From assembly GCA_018646625.1 (NCBI GenBank), contig JABGUJ010000003.1:1-64000 (forward strand): a DNA stretch of 64,000 nucleotides, in the 5' to 3' direction. This DNA comes from Candidatus Woesearchaeota archaeon (GTDB lineage: Archaea; Nanobdellota; Nanobdellia; Woesearchaeales; JABGUJ01). Both the position numbers and the translations under genes were made by a program. Below the pieces are notes generated by a model. It was not told where the DNA came from. It saw only the letters and a list, made by a program, of their open reading frames with translations, and searched no databases. Positions 26,001 through 31,245 of this stretch are shown one piece after another (the first letter of the stretch is position 1; each line of letters opens with the position of its first letter).

Positions 26001-27243
26001 TTCTAACAGTACCCGCACCATCTGTTATAACAATATTATCCAAATATCCTGTATAAGTCCCTGTAGAATCTGCCTCGCAAACAACATCATAATATTGAAT
26101 AGTTTTACCAACATGACTAACCGGAAGTGCAATAGTTCTATGATACCATTTATTGAGGGCATAAGCAGAAATATCCGTACTAGGATGAGAACTTAAACCA
26201 TTCTGATCAACACCAGAAGATCTCAACTCAGTAGCATCAGAATTAGTATAATCAAAAGCAATCTCATCACTCGAACTAGTCCAATAAATATCATACTCAA
26301 CATAATCCCCAGACTGAATAACATAATCCGTAACGCTGCTCAAATCTTCATAATGGTACGCATTAGCATTATTAGTCATAGAAAATGAAGCATTGATGAC
26401 TTCCTGCTCATCAGAGTCATCTAAATTCATCATTAAAACCAATGAATCATTATACATTGTATGATTAGTTCCATTCCAATTATAAATCAAAGAATCTAAA
26501 TCCTCCTCAATAATGGAAACATTAACTTCAACAGTTGTTACAGATTGACTATCACCATCATCAGGAGTTGGAGAAACAAACTCAATCAAAGGATTAGCAG
26601 AAGAGGAAGCAACTTGATAAAGCACAGGTAACTCAAAACAATTTATATCACCAACACAATCATCATCATCACAATCTTCCTCGCCATCAAAATCATTATC
26701 TCTTAAATCATCACAAATTCTTTCAACTTCATCTTCAGATTGACAATCTGCACTTTTCAAATCTTCTCCTTGACAACAAATCCAATCATCTTCATCTTCG
26801 TCGCAAGGCACACACAAACTATCAGAACAATAAGTTCCATCCCAACAATCATCTCTAGCACTACACTGACACTCTTCATTCAAAATACAATCAGCATCTT
26901 CACAGTCTGTAAAGTAATCGTTATCATTATCAGTTCCGTCTTGACAGTTAGTCTCAACATCTAATCCACAATCTCCACCACGTTCACCATTACAACAGAT
27001 ACCATCATCCGCCCATAAACTACACTCTTCACAAACATTATTATCAGAACAATAAAACGACTCACTACAATCATCATTACTAGAACAAACATCAACTAAG
27101 GGTTCTTCTATAGGAACATTAAAACCATAAAAACTAGAATTAGACACATTATCATCAAGAGCAGAAACAACATTCACAGGCTGTACGGACATAGAATAGA
27201 GTATAAATAGTAACAAGATCACTCTACCCAGATTCACTGGCAT
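8050..27243 (-). CDS. giant multidomain cell-surface glycoprotein/adhesin (6397 aa): signal peptide, Cys/Asp-rich repeats, 3 LamG, 2 ALK/LTK-like Gly-rich, fibrinogen-like, CBM/MAM-like, many Ig/cadherin-like repeats, C-terminal TM and Lys-rich tail
   Basis: Uninterrupted 19.2-kb ORF. LamG motifs FDGVDD..G.IDEVRIWN; fibrinogen-like SCKEI..DGIYTIYP..VYCDMTTDSGGWT; Gly-rich domains starting FTxC..TGR.GP..GIQNWTVP; very dense NxS/T sequons; hydrophobic C-terminal anchor. Confidence 0.95.
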   Translation of the reverse strand: MPVNLGRVILLLFILYSMSVQPVNVVSALDDNVSNSSFYGFNVPIEEPLVDVCSSNDDCSESFYCSDNNVCEECSLWADDGICCNGERGGDCGLDVETNCQDGTDNDNDYFTDCEDADCILNEECQCSARDDCWDGTYCSDSLCVPCDEDEDDWICCQGEDLKSADCQSEDEVERICDDLRDNDFDGEEDCDDDDCVGDINCFELPVLYQVASSSANPLIEFVSPTPDDGDSQSVTTVEVNVSIIEEDLDSLIYNWNGTNHTMYNDSLVLMMNLDDSDEQEVINASFSMTNNANAYHYEDLSSVTDYVIQSGDYVEYDIYWTSSSDEIAFDYTNSDATELRSSGVDQNGLSSHPSTDISAYALNKWYHRTIALPVSHVGKTIQYYDVVCEADSTGTYTGYLDNIVITDGAGTVRKEIYTSGDFTNAVHLQTSGSLNSIGNVSAAPLMVVDNSISDLRGTVIGASFNSSGKYSGGYDFDGVDDVIFNSDAGLDFGAGDDYTISVWISTRQNDTGRYILGLGNDGSSSGTYTLETSVSVGGNISFAMRQGSVGDWFATASSVSISEDDWHYVVWVNDGSQVKTYIDGLLSKTDSLGSFVSHSLVDNYLRVGTTIWQNAYFNGSIDEVRIWDVALSSEDVYQQYVSNLNKFNSSQWYLYVNQSKNATDDLNYGGYTYQVFVEDGSSNSNETDVRSVSLLDSSVEFVSPTLSNGSSTINTSVEVNVSIVEGGLSSVVYNWNGTNYTMYDDSLILMYNFDNVSSLGENNTNILDLSGNENNGTFSVLPDSDSGPDLSGKHDGGFEFDASGDYVDCGNDVSLRLTDPMTIELWFNWDGSSSNSYILSKGSAGSGGDGYHIWLDSTLGEYLLTTQIGNRMNKYDEPTPNVWHNVVVVDNGTNKITYYDGDFLGSAATDSDDDINDNLIIGASSTSQSNGFDGHIDEVRIWNRSLTANEVYQQYVSNLNKFSSTQWYLYVNQSKNATDELATGDYTYQVFVEGVSNLSTEERSLSVIEPVNSSVSVSFVTPSSNANATRARMYRMAFNVTCTGQEDCGDVNVTLDSDNFYFFDNFDTGAFVGDDWTTYSSDGNGYIDVNDTTAYSGGYSVLANVADGSTSVNELITGYDFTGHDYVYLDFYWRESDDGDELNLGGDHSGQSHTSDAVYYTCDGTLWYHLMNAPESFTSWTQQTINVTVDPDFCGTLDENFKIKFTQYDNTAWPNDGMAWDDIRIDYTPRSDGVLSTTNSSPFWTNSSTNPVTLSSMSAGESREIEFWVNVTGSSDDVYKFFAHANITYDESQSNTSEILNITIVEGDYVAPTWSLNKTNLSDSTSYGDTVYFNITVNESSSSQYIFSFYNGTGWVNDSAVNYTDGEELSVLKNITGSMINWTWYFNDTEGNSNQSDVWGLLLDAVIGVEVISPSGNVNVTQNLGFDVVVNVSCSVGFDCGDLNVTLDPESTTVYNFTTCTSTGRSGPSQGNCDSEYSNTTLESLVTVSSGIQNWTVPFTGSYTIVAVGAAGGGNSYPGRGALVNGTFYLNAGQVVQILVGQRGDSATYGSGGGGGTYVVYSNNTPLVVAGAGGGAYSSSNDRSGYSDASNETAGRAGEGTSSGGTSGSGGSAGASGNGGSGGGGLTTDGDDGRSPSTGGLAFVNGGTGGTECTTNSGDGGFGGGAGGEHCYYGSAGGGGGYSGGGGGGTSSAGAGGGGSYNGGAGQYNVGGYNTGQGYVTIILTAPIKTGVVSTNTSATPFYTNKSSNPYNISLSDGESELVTFWVNATGYIETTHEFFVYVNRTEKMSNSETSSRWNVTIKPVGAPLWYDNKTNLTSSFDLGQDAYFNISANDTSPSEYIFSFYNGTDWINDTSQGFSSGEELSVVKNITSSPISWTWYFNDTEGNSNQSEVWTVVLDSRIGLSLIYPTNHTNVTQNEFFNVTVNVSCDSLVPCREINVSLDPLGTPVSCKEILDIGQSQGDGIYTIYPFDENSSSIEVYCDMTTDSGGWTMVFASQGSSSTHKSTWAGWFTEGYTTASVNQTSQGKSAAYDSVPVDDLMLESTYSTDGMILAHLNVTYDALINLTGPNPGPNTGGAWNTGLRGSYDSYNRSGSYFTNDWIKIWHGDGDPEANDRAVFSTYNPAGDWNNDIGCIGGENYLAGPADSEWYYIYVRENVTYEAGKGGLISTNISETPFYTNKSSNPYNISLLSGESQIVTFYVNATGDGTDEYEFFVFANKTSRLSNSNITSTWNVTIDDDTTPSLDYESPTLSNGTYPNDWIAVNVSSSDSHLANIVVGIYNTTGGLVTSSSDSSSPFFVNFTNLTDATYYVNATAIDTADNTNSTETRQITLDTTPPAMSFVSPTPANNTRQPERSFLVNASINEFVLDYIYYDWNGTNHTFWNDSLVLMYNFDNVSALGENDSYVVDVSDYGNDGVVNGSVFNLSGGKYGGAFDFDGVDDSVEIESSSSLNISGNITLSVWVNINNLSNDFSFLSKEDAFAFHTSTVSLDELRFTIPGLWDSDSTDADLEIGRWHHLTVTYDRTNVRFYSNGVLVGVSSKTDAIPSNSNPIVIGEDQWVGAGSSYFNGTIDEVRIWNRSLTADEVYIQYVSNLNKYGANDWYFYVNQSLNATDDLVEGNYTYNLYASDIYGNLNNTIERLIIVDWTEPEFTNFSNQTVEHAYGISYDINASDENDVSCFAVNNTNFSITCSGVLTNATELSNGVYWLNITINDTANNNFSNVMWVNVTDTIPPYFVNITNSSYIANVTHEYGELFTFDVNATDSNNVSCFTVDDTTNFTINCSGYLQNNTWLAVGFYLLNITSNDTVNNVNWSLMWVNITDTTAPALNITYPLNNTFSNDGGLDINYSVYDLNLDSCWYRNNTGEENITLVGCENITSILWPESYRNITVWANDTYGNVNTSMIYLTLDRTSPVFINFTNQTIYEDDFYGYQINSSDYVSVSCFSLNDTSVFDVNCSGFISNVTEMNQSIVGLYWLNVTINDSSGNENYTLIWINVTDKGRLNLEVLYPTTHMNASQFEMFNVTINVSCIDNECGNVNVTLDPESGTIYNFTSCGVTGRTGPLQASCDSVYADTLLDGDVQVYSGIQNWTVPQSGTYIIEAAGAKGGCTDGGDGAVISGEFDFVGGEVLQILVGQKGVCTSYGGGGGGTFVAAGTHYSDATPLVVAGGGGGDSSGSSSTQYGKDGVTGINGTDGWNSAGNAGTNGNGAGKGTGSFSGSGGAGYYGSGVAGSRSTGGVAFILGGAGGTASTNGPGGFGGGGGNGWHGGGGAGGYSGGGGGYSDNYAGGGGGSYNNGTNQNNSEGANSDDGYVTISRASGKGTVSMNTSATPFYTTVQNPYMVNLSQGDSQVITWYVNTTGGIETEHEFFVYADRLDDLTIRNTSEIWNVTIIDTTSPVFNYTDNLTLEYNYTWSYDVNASDYNDLSCFTVDDGNFTINCSGVLTNNTFLELGMYILNITVNDTSNNLVSEFVTVNVTNTTLPVFTDLENLTKQYGPPWSNDFDAYDISGIDCFSVNDTAQFTINCTGYLTNASSLNESIYWINLTVNDTIGNENYAQIYVNITNQDVTVPNVTIDAPSRDALFNYSTTLVQLNVTTDENTTCYYSLDNGTTNYTMSVVVSNTSFTSNLSVEAGNDYTANVYCFDWQDNWNNSEYVDFTVDAPEISLEIITPSSSEINVSAGQMFEVVVNVSCVEMDCGAINVSLDPVTFDAVTNGDFETNDFTGWSRSGDANWSLQGTVVSSGNYSAETGAIGHSEYSLLTQDVTIYEDTNLSFMWKVSSESSYDYLGFCVDLSYGVAGCRRFGDTGYGTVSGISGTVDWTQVTYELSAGTHTLLWYYAKDSGSVGGSDQGWVDNVTLVSNAPVKSGLISMDSSAVPFFTNTTNPYNISLSENESTLVSYWVNATGYLSSEHEFFVYANTTDFPIPISDVSSTWNVTILDLTNPSLEFGNDTTDAGMNNLVTTITVNVSASDLYLDTLLVNVYNSTGLMNSTSDSYIQLTDLPYGTYYVNVTATDTSGNVNITSRTIVLARPYVGISVVYPPGSTSVSQYYWFNVTLNVSCTGADCGDVNVTLDPLSGIDCGPISNCDFSLTGDCSGADGTCTDIPGWTYYEVADGTYERAEVSTATNPFGDKGNWLDFKSTYGGSRNTLWKSYIYSDAFLANADYVTYNFKAYEYDEWGYGLMLYEDGNESENYQLLEYRCPYTGSWGASDEVWGGCEDNNIYQLGTLTDKTVALNDSLKNKNLRIKVWTGDGGTGDHGEAILDDVCLSYSNGVCVSSDKGTISTVAGTVPFYTNMSTNPYTINLNESESQIVTFFVNATGRLNTSYDFFAYAEVGQDTSIRNDTEHWNVTILDLTAPVLHFVSPSHSAGYSNGSVILANVTATDYYYVNMTVFLYNDSGVLYSNFTTDDQIYLEFTNLSDGVYYLNASSAVDESGNVGFSETRTIYLDNDEPGITLYAPDDEYITGSSSIDFVFNLTEDSTANCSVYRDVEASVTYELAALNESVQPDVNTTVTATNFSGREYSWYVSCIDEAGNTNVSETRTLTVDTVGPVISIESPAYNETVGYQIYVTTDIVDALSNVSSGWYFVYNGTDTSQQLANGTLNDSSDWDSLWDSSGYPGVAWDILLVVYANDTLGNVATNNVSFNLDNARPVMQYVEPTSALKFYNSNFTMNVIVQDNSFNYTYYNITSESSGATIQYNSSAYGSPVEEHIWNDSFDVDGNDDGYYNLTVYGRDIVPNAVSTSVQFVLDQTSPVVVVYSPESGQFIDNSSVVFNWTVSDNISTSLLCNVTVGQVVQQVICDNGSGCDYTFTNFGEDFYNFSVVCRDNASNAITESGNFTIDRTSPVISFVSPSTSADNLSQDYISMNVTASDLYLDAIVLDFYNSSLDLINTTNTTSGVLSLNVSGLSEGLYYVNATANDSYGHVSATGTRAMFLDVTNPLVSVWRNASSLEFGEDYVMINWSVAENNVNNVVMNVTLASGYVIYNSSSSSGTVNLTDVELIALGTYTISLYAEDDAGNSNITTTTFAVDDTRYPDVNFMSPDTGNYSRDWVYARVNSSDSGVTTLIVRLYNSTGGLVNTSEGGENPYSANFTSLVDGVYYYNATACDDTRCNSSNTLSLEIDDTAPLVAFESDTTSSGDYAVDYVYANVSASDMRFDSIAVYLYNSSGDLINSTLAQSSSLTYNFSSLLDGDYFMNASANDTLSNKNYTETRNYTIDSTTPSIDYASGAEADGVYRIQSWIYVNVSASDANEANITFSLYNSSEDVLSSQTKKAGIRTINFSSLSDGLYYYNVSVLDTVGNLNYTSTRSIILDSVNPSLSIVSPSGGANVVDSGLDVEFNVSDTNLDSCWYSNDTMQSNYTLTNCSNITSVVWGEGNHNVTVWVNDSAGAVNSSTVSFTLDSIVPAFTDIGNVTIEYETALGYDINATDANGIGCFSVDDTSNFAINCSGYLINNTLVSSGQHWINVTVNDTFGNTASNLMWVNVSGTVVTVNVLYPLTTSYTSNVAVLNYSVSGDEIRDKCWYSLDNGSTNSSLISAGVNFTSLTSSEGSNTWTVYCNDTYDNQGTDFVTFFKDSVAPAFTAMGNQTIEVGSSLSYDINASDVNGVSCFVVNDSDFSINCSGYLSNATGLSLGTYWLDVTINDSYGNENTNTMSVTVEDSVAPVITVIENQTVEYGVGLGYDLNATDAQGVSCFAVNDSDFSINCSGYLSNATLLGVGLYWLNVTVNDTSDNEAYGLMWVNVTDTTAPVFTAIDNQTVEVGSIFNYDVNATDANAVSCFAVDDGNFSINCSGYLSNATGLVTGVYTLNISVNDTSSNDAYGAVWVNVTDTVSPSISVVYPLNNTMYLVNVTQFNYSVSDLGTLDSCWYDNGSVNSSAVSAGQNFTNVSNLQGWNNLTIYCNDSLNNFGNDSVRFLMDTVAPNVTLNSPADSYYNGSAPRVNLTFNCSVEDNYQLSNVSLYITNALNTSFGLNNETTVGGAVNESTWNLTLTHGNYTWACFVEDFAGNSNWSENRSIMINFTDVDNDDIKDDVDNLIGTEINVNTTGVDDLNITVDGNATNGTYGGLREVVFYDESDAVINFTHNFTNSTLDLRDVTLIVTDTYVIINMSGQLQANKTLYITDNSFISLCVKDEEVAAISAMSSGCAGSNETDFTDCLGANLTTGNLTCTDLGSTIMIEGLENSAVRGTQAAPSSPAASSDTSSGSSGKSQRRLVCGDGLCSDYVNESCSNCPNDCGVCKLDKSASDDLVAGVEGEISQSGSSDLEPGDVDVYDDSLDIKNDDGLIAISVIGGVCKSSIGWFVLLLLLTLIALLTLLGYLLRNHHRVAKLIGVVRTFVGKYHVLDNSSHAGRYVVERKSIRAKSNKKKIVKKPKRKSARKKTKKKTSKKK
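9780..10500 (-). repeat. three tandem 255-bp (85-aa) cadherin-like repeats inside the giant gene
   Basis: CATTACTCAA.TA.CCAGAACAATTAATACTAAA recurs at 9831, 10086 and 10341, an exact 255-nt spacing. Confidence 0.85.
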
Positions 27244-27523
27244 CCACCCCTTTTTTCAGCTAGAAAAAAGACTAACCTAGCTATCACTTGATCGCCTCTT
27301 TTTATACCCCTAACAATTAAGTTATTTATAAAGTCAAGAATTTTTAGTTTATAAAAGTTTCTATCAATTCTTAAGAAAGAGAGTCTTAAACAAAACAATC
27401 AAAAATCAAATAATAATAATAATATTTCTGTTGGTTTCAAGAATTTTAGCAAAAAATGCTACATTTGCCAAAATCCTCTCTTGAATCCTTCGCCAGCTAC
27501 TAGAATTTAGCAAATAGGTACCA

Positions 27524-28426
27524 TTATTTCTTTTTTAGAATATTCTGCGGAGAACCACCAATAAATGTTTTAATATTTTGAATAGCAATCTCGCCGCCGT
27601 TTGCCACAGCTTGTTTAGTTGAAAATGCAATATGTGGCGTAACCAATATTTTTTCACAACTTAGACATTTTTGATAAAAATCATTCGTAGTATCTCCAAA
27701 TTTCTCAGGATCACAATCAATTGCAGCATTAGCAACGATTCCCGCGTCAATGGATCTTATTAATCCTTCAATCTCGTATGTGTAAGGTCTTGAAAAAGTA
27801 AGATAAAATGATCCTTTTTTCATACCCATAAAAAATGTTTCATCAAGAAGATTCTTACTGCTGGTATTACAGTTGAGAGAATTAACGACCAGATCGGCGT
27901 CTTCTGCTTTTGTGGCTAGATCATCTCCTCTATTAAAAAAGTTAATTTTCATACCAAAGGCTTCACAAAGGTTACCCACTTGACTACCAATACTACCACG
28001 ACCAACGATTAAAATATTTTTTCCAACCAAACTTTCTTGAAGCTCAACTGGAAAATTCTCTGTTGCTCTCACCATAGGAGAAAACTTTCTAAACAACGAC
28101 AAAATCATAAACATTGTCCATTCAACAATAGAGTCCTTATTTCCGCCTTGAGAATTAGCAACTTGCACACCATTTTTTTCAAGTTCTTCAGTATTGAAAA
28201 CACCTAACTCAACATAAGGATAAACAACAAAAACATTTTTTAATTTTGGAAGAACATCAAGCAAGAAATCACCATTACTAAATATAACATCAGCGCCTTC
28301 AGTTTTGGATAAGAAATCTTCAACTGATTCAGGACTTTCTTGAATAATTAACTCTCCGATTGATTCAAGTCTTTGTTTGTGCTCATCTTTAAGATTCATC
28401 CCAAGAGTAACAATTTTTTTACCCAT
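27524..28426 (-). CDS. D-isomer specific 2-hydroxyacid dehydrogenase family protein
   Basis: Rossmann motif IVGRGSIG, ADLVVNSL, and C-terminal ILVTPHIAFST. Confidence 0.9.
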   Translation of the reverse strand: MGKKIVTLGMNLKDEHKQRLESIGELIIQESPESVEDFLSKTEGADVIFSNGDFLLDVLPKLKNVFVVYPYVELGVFNTEELEKNGVQVANSQGGNKDSIVEWTMFMILSLFRKFSPMVRATENFPVELQESLVGKNILIVGRGSIGSQVGNLCEAFGMKINFFNRGDDLATKAEDADLVVNSLNCNTSSKNLLDETFFMGMKKGSFYLTFSRPYTYEIEGLIRSIDAGIVANAAIDCDPEKFGDTTNDFYQKCLSCEKILVTPHIAFSTKQAVANGGEIAIQNIKTFIGGSPQNILKKK

Positions 28427-28558
28427 ACTACTCAAGTGGCGATCGGACCTTTATAAATAAATCGTTTTCTGTGACAGAGCAAGATCCAGAATTGTATAAA
28501 AGCATTTTAGCACACAACTTAGCTGTTGTAATAAAAAGAATGTAACCCCACGATTGGA

Positions 28559-28629
28559 TGCGGCGACCGGGAATTGAACCCGGGCCAGAGCGTTGGCAAC
28601 GCCCCATTGTACCATTCAACCACCGCCGC
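28559..28629 (-). tRNA. tRNA-Gly(GCC)
   Basis: Reverse complement GCGGCGG...GGGCG-TTGCCAA-CGCTC...CCGGGTTCAATTCCCGG TCGCCGCA forms a cloverleaf. Confidence 0.96.
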
Positions 28630-28642
28630 ATTAAAAATGAAA

Positions 28643-28715
28643 TGGGCCCGCCCGGACTCGAACCGGGGATCAATGCCTTGTAAGGGCACTGTCATAGCCA
28701 CTAGACCACGGGCCC
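28643..28715 (-). tRNA. tRNA-Val(UAC)
   Basis: Reverse complement GGGCCCG...GTGCC-CTTACAA-GGCAT...GGTTCGAGTCC...CGGGCCCA forms a cloverleaf. Confidence 0.96.
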
Positions 28716-28793
28716 ATTGATAGCAATGCAAACTAAGTGTCTATTTTTAAAGTTTATGGTAAATTAGAAAGAAAAGAAAAAAGAAAAAGGCAA

Positions 28794-29564
28794 TTAAGCC
28801 TTACAATTTCTCATTGTGTAAGCGATTCTTTGATTTACACAAGCCTTTGTCTCGTCATCTTGAAGAGTTCTTGGTAAAGCAATAATTTTCTTAATTGATC
28901 CGAACTTATCTTCCCAATCAGAAACTTCCACCTTGTACTCTTTCTCGTCACCAGACGCAAGAGGCTCTTTGCTTACATCAAATCCAGTTTCACCGTTGTC
29001 AGCATTGATGTAGAATAGTAATCCACCATCAACATCTCCTCTACCGGAGCTTTTGATAGTTAAGATAACATCTCCGTCACCAGTAACTTCACAACCTTTG
29101 TAACCTAGACTGATAGTTTCGTCACACTTGTGACCGCAGTCTCCTGGACAAATGAAATTGTTTTCGGTTCTTTTACCGTCGATATTACACTCAAACTGAG
29201 TACATACCAACTTTTCAGAATCTTCATAAAGTCCTTCGATGTTTTGACAAACGCCGTCACCACAGTAACCTGCACTAGTCTCTTCGAGATTAGTAACAAC
29301 GTCAGTGTCAGCAACTACTGGTTCAACATCTTTAACTTCTTCTTTAACTTCTTCTTGAGCTGGAACTGAATCAACCACTGGCTCATCAACCACTGGCATA
29401 GCTTCCGGCCCTGCGTCTTGACATCCTTTGATCGCTACGATTGCAATAATAATTACAATTACAGCAATAATGCCAATAGCATAAGACAAATCAGAACTTT
29501 TCTCTTTTTTTTTGTGATGTGTTTTTTTTTTCGGGTGTGATCCCGCTTTATGTTTCTTAGCCAT
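28794..29564 (-). CDS. membrane-anchored extracellular protein with a Cys-rich repeat
   Basis: Basic N-terminus, single TM helix, acidic linker, CGDGVC...CPGDC motif, beta-rich C-terminal domain; SD AGGAGG upstream. Confidence 0.8.
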   Translation of the reverse strand: MAKKHKAGSHPKKKTHHKKKEKSSDLSYAIGIIAVIVIIIAIVAIKGCQDAGPEAMPVVDEPVVDSVPAQEEVKEEVKDVEPVVADTDVVTNLEETSAGYCGDGVCQNIEGLYEDSEKLVCTQFECNIDGKRTENNFICPGDCGHKCDETISLGYKGCEVTGDGDVILTIKSSGRGDVDGGLLFYINADNGETGFDVSKEPLASGDEKEYKVEVSDWEDKFGSIKKIIALPRTLQDDETKACVNQRIAYTMRNCKA

Positions 29565-29769
29565 GTTTGTGACCCTCCTAAAAAACTTATTTTAATTATG
29601 ATCTATGCTTCTATACCGAAGTTCTATATTTAAATGTTTGGATTGCAGAATACAAAAACCTAGGACTCAGCGCCTGAAAAGCCAAAATTCTTAAAAAACA
29701 ACCCCAAATAAATAATCTCAAAAAAACATCAGATACATTTAAATACCGCACATACAAGCTCTAAACACT

Positions 29770-30546
29770 ATGCAAGAGAAGATTTTTAGCATTCTGTTTG
29801 ATGAAGATGAGATAAATTGGAAAGGACTTCTATATGATCTTGTAAAATCAGAAGGTATGGATCCATGGGATATTGACGTTTCTGAGATCTCTAAAAAATA
29901 CCTTGACATGGTTAAAAAACTTAGAGAGATGGATCTTAAAATGTCAGGTAAAGTTCTGTTGGCTGCAGCCATACTATTAAAATTCAAATCTAATCACTTG
30001 TTAAGCCAAGGAATAAACAACCTTGATGGACTATTTGCACAATCTGAACAAGAGGAAGAGATCTGGGAAGAAGTAGATGGTGAACTAGTAAAAGTAACCC
30101 CTGATAGATTGAAAGATTATCAGAACGCAGAACTCATTCCAAGAACTCCTCAACCAAGAAAAAGACAAGTTTCTATTTACGATCTAGTTGATGCACTTCA
30201 ACAAGCATTAGAAGTAAGAAACAGAAGAGTAAGAAGATATGAAGAAGAACCTATGGAGATTCCAGAGAAACAAACAGACATTAGTCAATTAATGCAAGAA
30301 CTTCTATCAGATATTTATGAACACTTTGAAAAAAATCTCACAGAGAAATTAACGTTCCAACAGCTAGTAAAAGACACTAATAGAGAAGCAAAAGTTCTAA
30401 CATTCATCCCACTACTACATTTAACTAATCAAAGAAAAGTCGATTTAGATCAAAAAGAACATTTTGGCGAAATAGAAATCATGCTTAACAAATTTGTAGA
30501 AGAAAAAGAAGAATCTAAAGAAGAAGAGAAACCAGCAGAAGCATAA
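29770..30546 (+). CDS. scpA: segregation and condensation protein A (kleisin)
   Basis: MDPWDID..I..KYL, SGKVLLAAAILLKFKS, and C-terminal TFIPLLHL..Q..FGEI. Confidence 0.93.
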   Translation: MQEKIFSILFDEDEINWKGLLYDLVKSEGMDPWDIDVSEISKKYLDMVKKLREMDLKMSGKVLLAAAILLKFKSNHLLSQGINNLDGLFAQSEQEEEIWEEVDGELVKVTPDRLKDYQNAELIPRTPQPRKRQVSIYDLVDALQQALEVRNRRVRRYEEEPMEIPEKQTDISQLMQELLSDIYEHFEKNLTEKLTFQQLVKDTNREAKVLTFIPLLHLTNQRKVDLDQKEHFGEIEIMLNKFVEEKEESKEEEKPAEA

Positions 30547-31196
30547 TGAGTACAATAAATAAACAAAAAAAGAGCATAGGTCCAGGCAAACTAATTCTAC
30601 AAGTAGGAGTTATAGGAAACGCAGGTAAAGAAGAATATCCAAAAAACTGGAAGCCCCATAAAGATGAACTAAGAACTGTCAAAACAATAGGACAACTCTT
30701 AGGAAAAGCAGGTGCAACAGTATTAACGGGCGGAGCACAAGGAATCATGAGTACAGTATCAACAGAAGCAATCAAAGGAGAAAGTATAACTGTTGGTTTG
30801 TTTAATCACTTAGAACAAAGAGGAGCAAGTGAAGAATATACTGTAGGATTAAATACAGGAATGAAAGAAGGAGCATTAGAAAATCTTCTAACCATGTTCT
30901 CAGATATAATGATTGCAATAGGAGGATGCTCAGGAACACTTAACGAACTATGTATGGCGTACCGAAACAAGATCCCCGTAGTTTTACTAAAAGGATATGG
31001 TGGATGGGTAGATAACATAATACCACTATTACATAAAGGAAAATATTTAGACGTGAGAGAAAGAACAGAGTTCTACATAGCAGAGACTCCTGAAGACGCA
31101 GTTAGAACGGCATTAAGAATTGGCAAAAAAAGACTCATAGAAATAAAAAAGAAAGGAAAGAATTTCTACAAGAATACAACAACTACTTCAAAATAG
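30546..31196 (+). CDS. SLOG/LOG-family nucleotide-binding protein (TIGR00725-like)
   Basis: VGVIG, VLTGGAQGIM, IAIGGCSGTLNEL, IPVVLL. Confidence 0.85.
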   Translation: MSTINKQKKSIGPGKLILQVGVIGNAGKEEYPKNWKPHKDELRTVKTIGQLLGKAGATVLTGGAQGIMSTVSTEAIKGESITVGLFNHLEQRGASEEYTVGLNTGMKEGALENLLTMFSDIMIAIGGCSGTLNELCMAYRNKIPVVLLKGYGGWVDNIIPLLHKGKYLDVRERTEFYIAETPEDAVRTALRIGKKRLIEIKKKGKNFYKNTTTTSK

Positions 31197-31245
31197 CAAA
31201 ACACCCAAACATTTTTATATGTCTTGGCCAAAAAATAATTCTATA

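Noticed and set aside
8361..26964. Many short ORFs inside the giant gene
   Set aside because: Shadow or alternate-frame ORFs caused by biased codon usage and Gly-rich tracts.
8050..27243. Repeats in the giant gene as a CRISPR array or DGR template/variable repeats
   Set aside because: The repeats are in-frame coding-domain duplications without a repeat-spacer period. No adenine-specific mismatch pattern was noticed, and there is no reverse transcriptase or cas gene in the window.
27436..27485. Hairpin TTCAAGA..ATTTTAGCAAA/TTTGCCAAAAT..TCTTGAA
   Set aside because: Most simply a terminator-like structure after the dehydrogenase; no further support for an ncRNA.
27524..28715. Integrated element at tRNA-Gly/tRNA-Val
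   Set aside because: No integrase and no duplicated tRNA 3' end found in the window.
28428..28731. ORFs of 81 and 70 aa
   Set aside because: They overlap tRNA-Gly and tRNA-Val.
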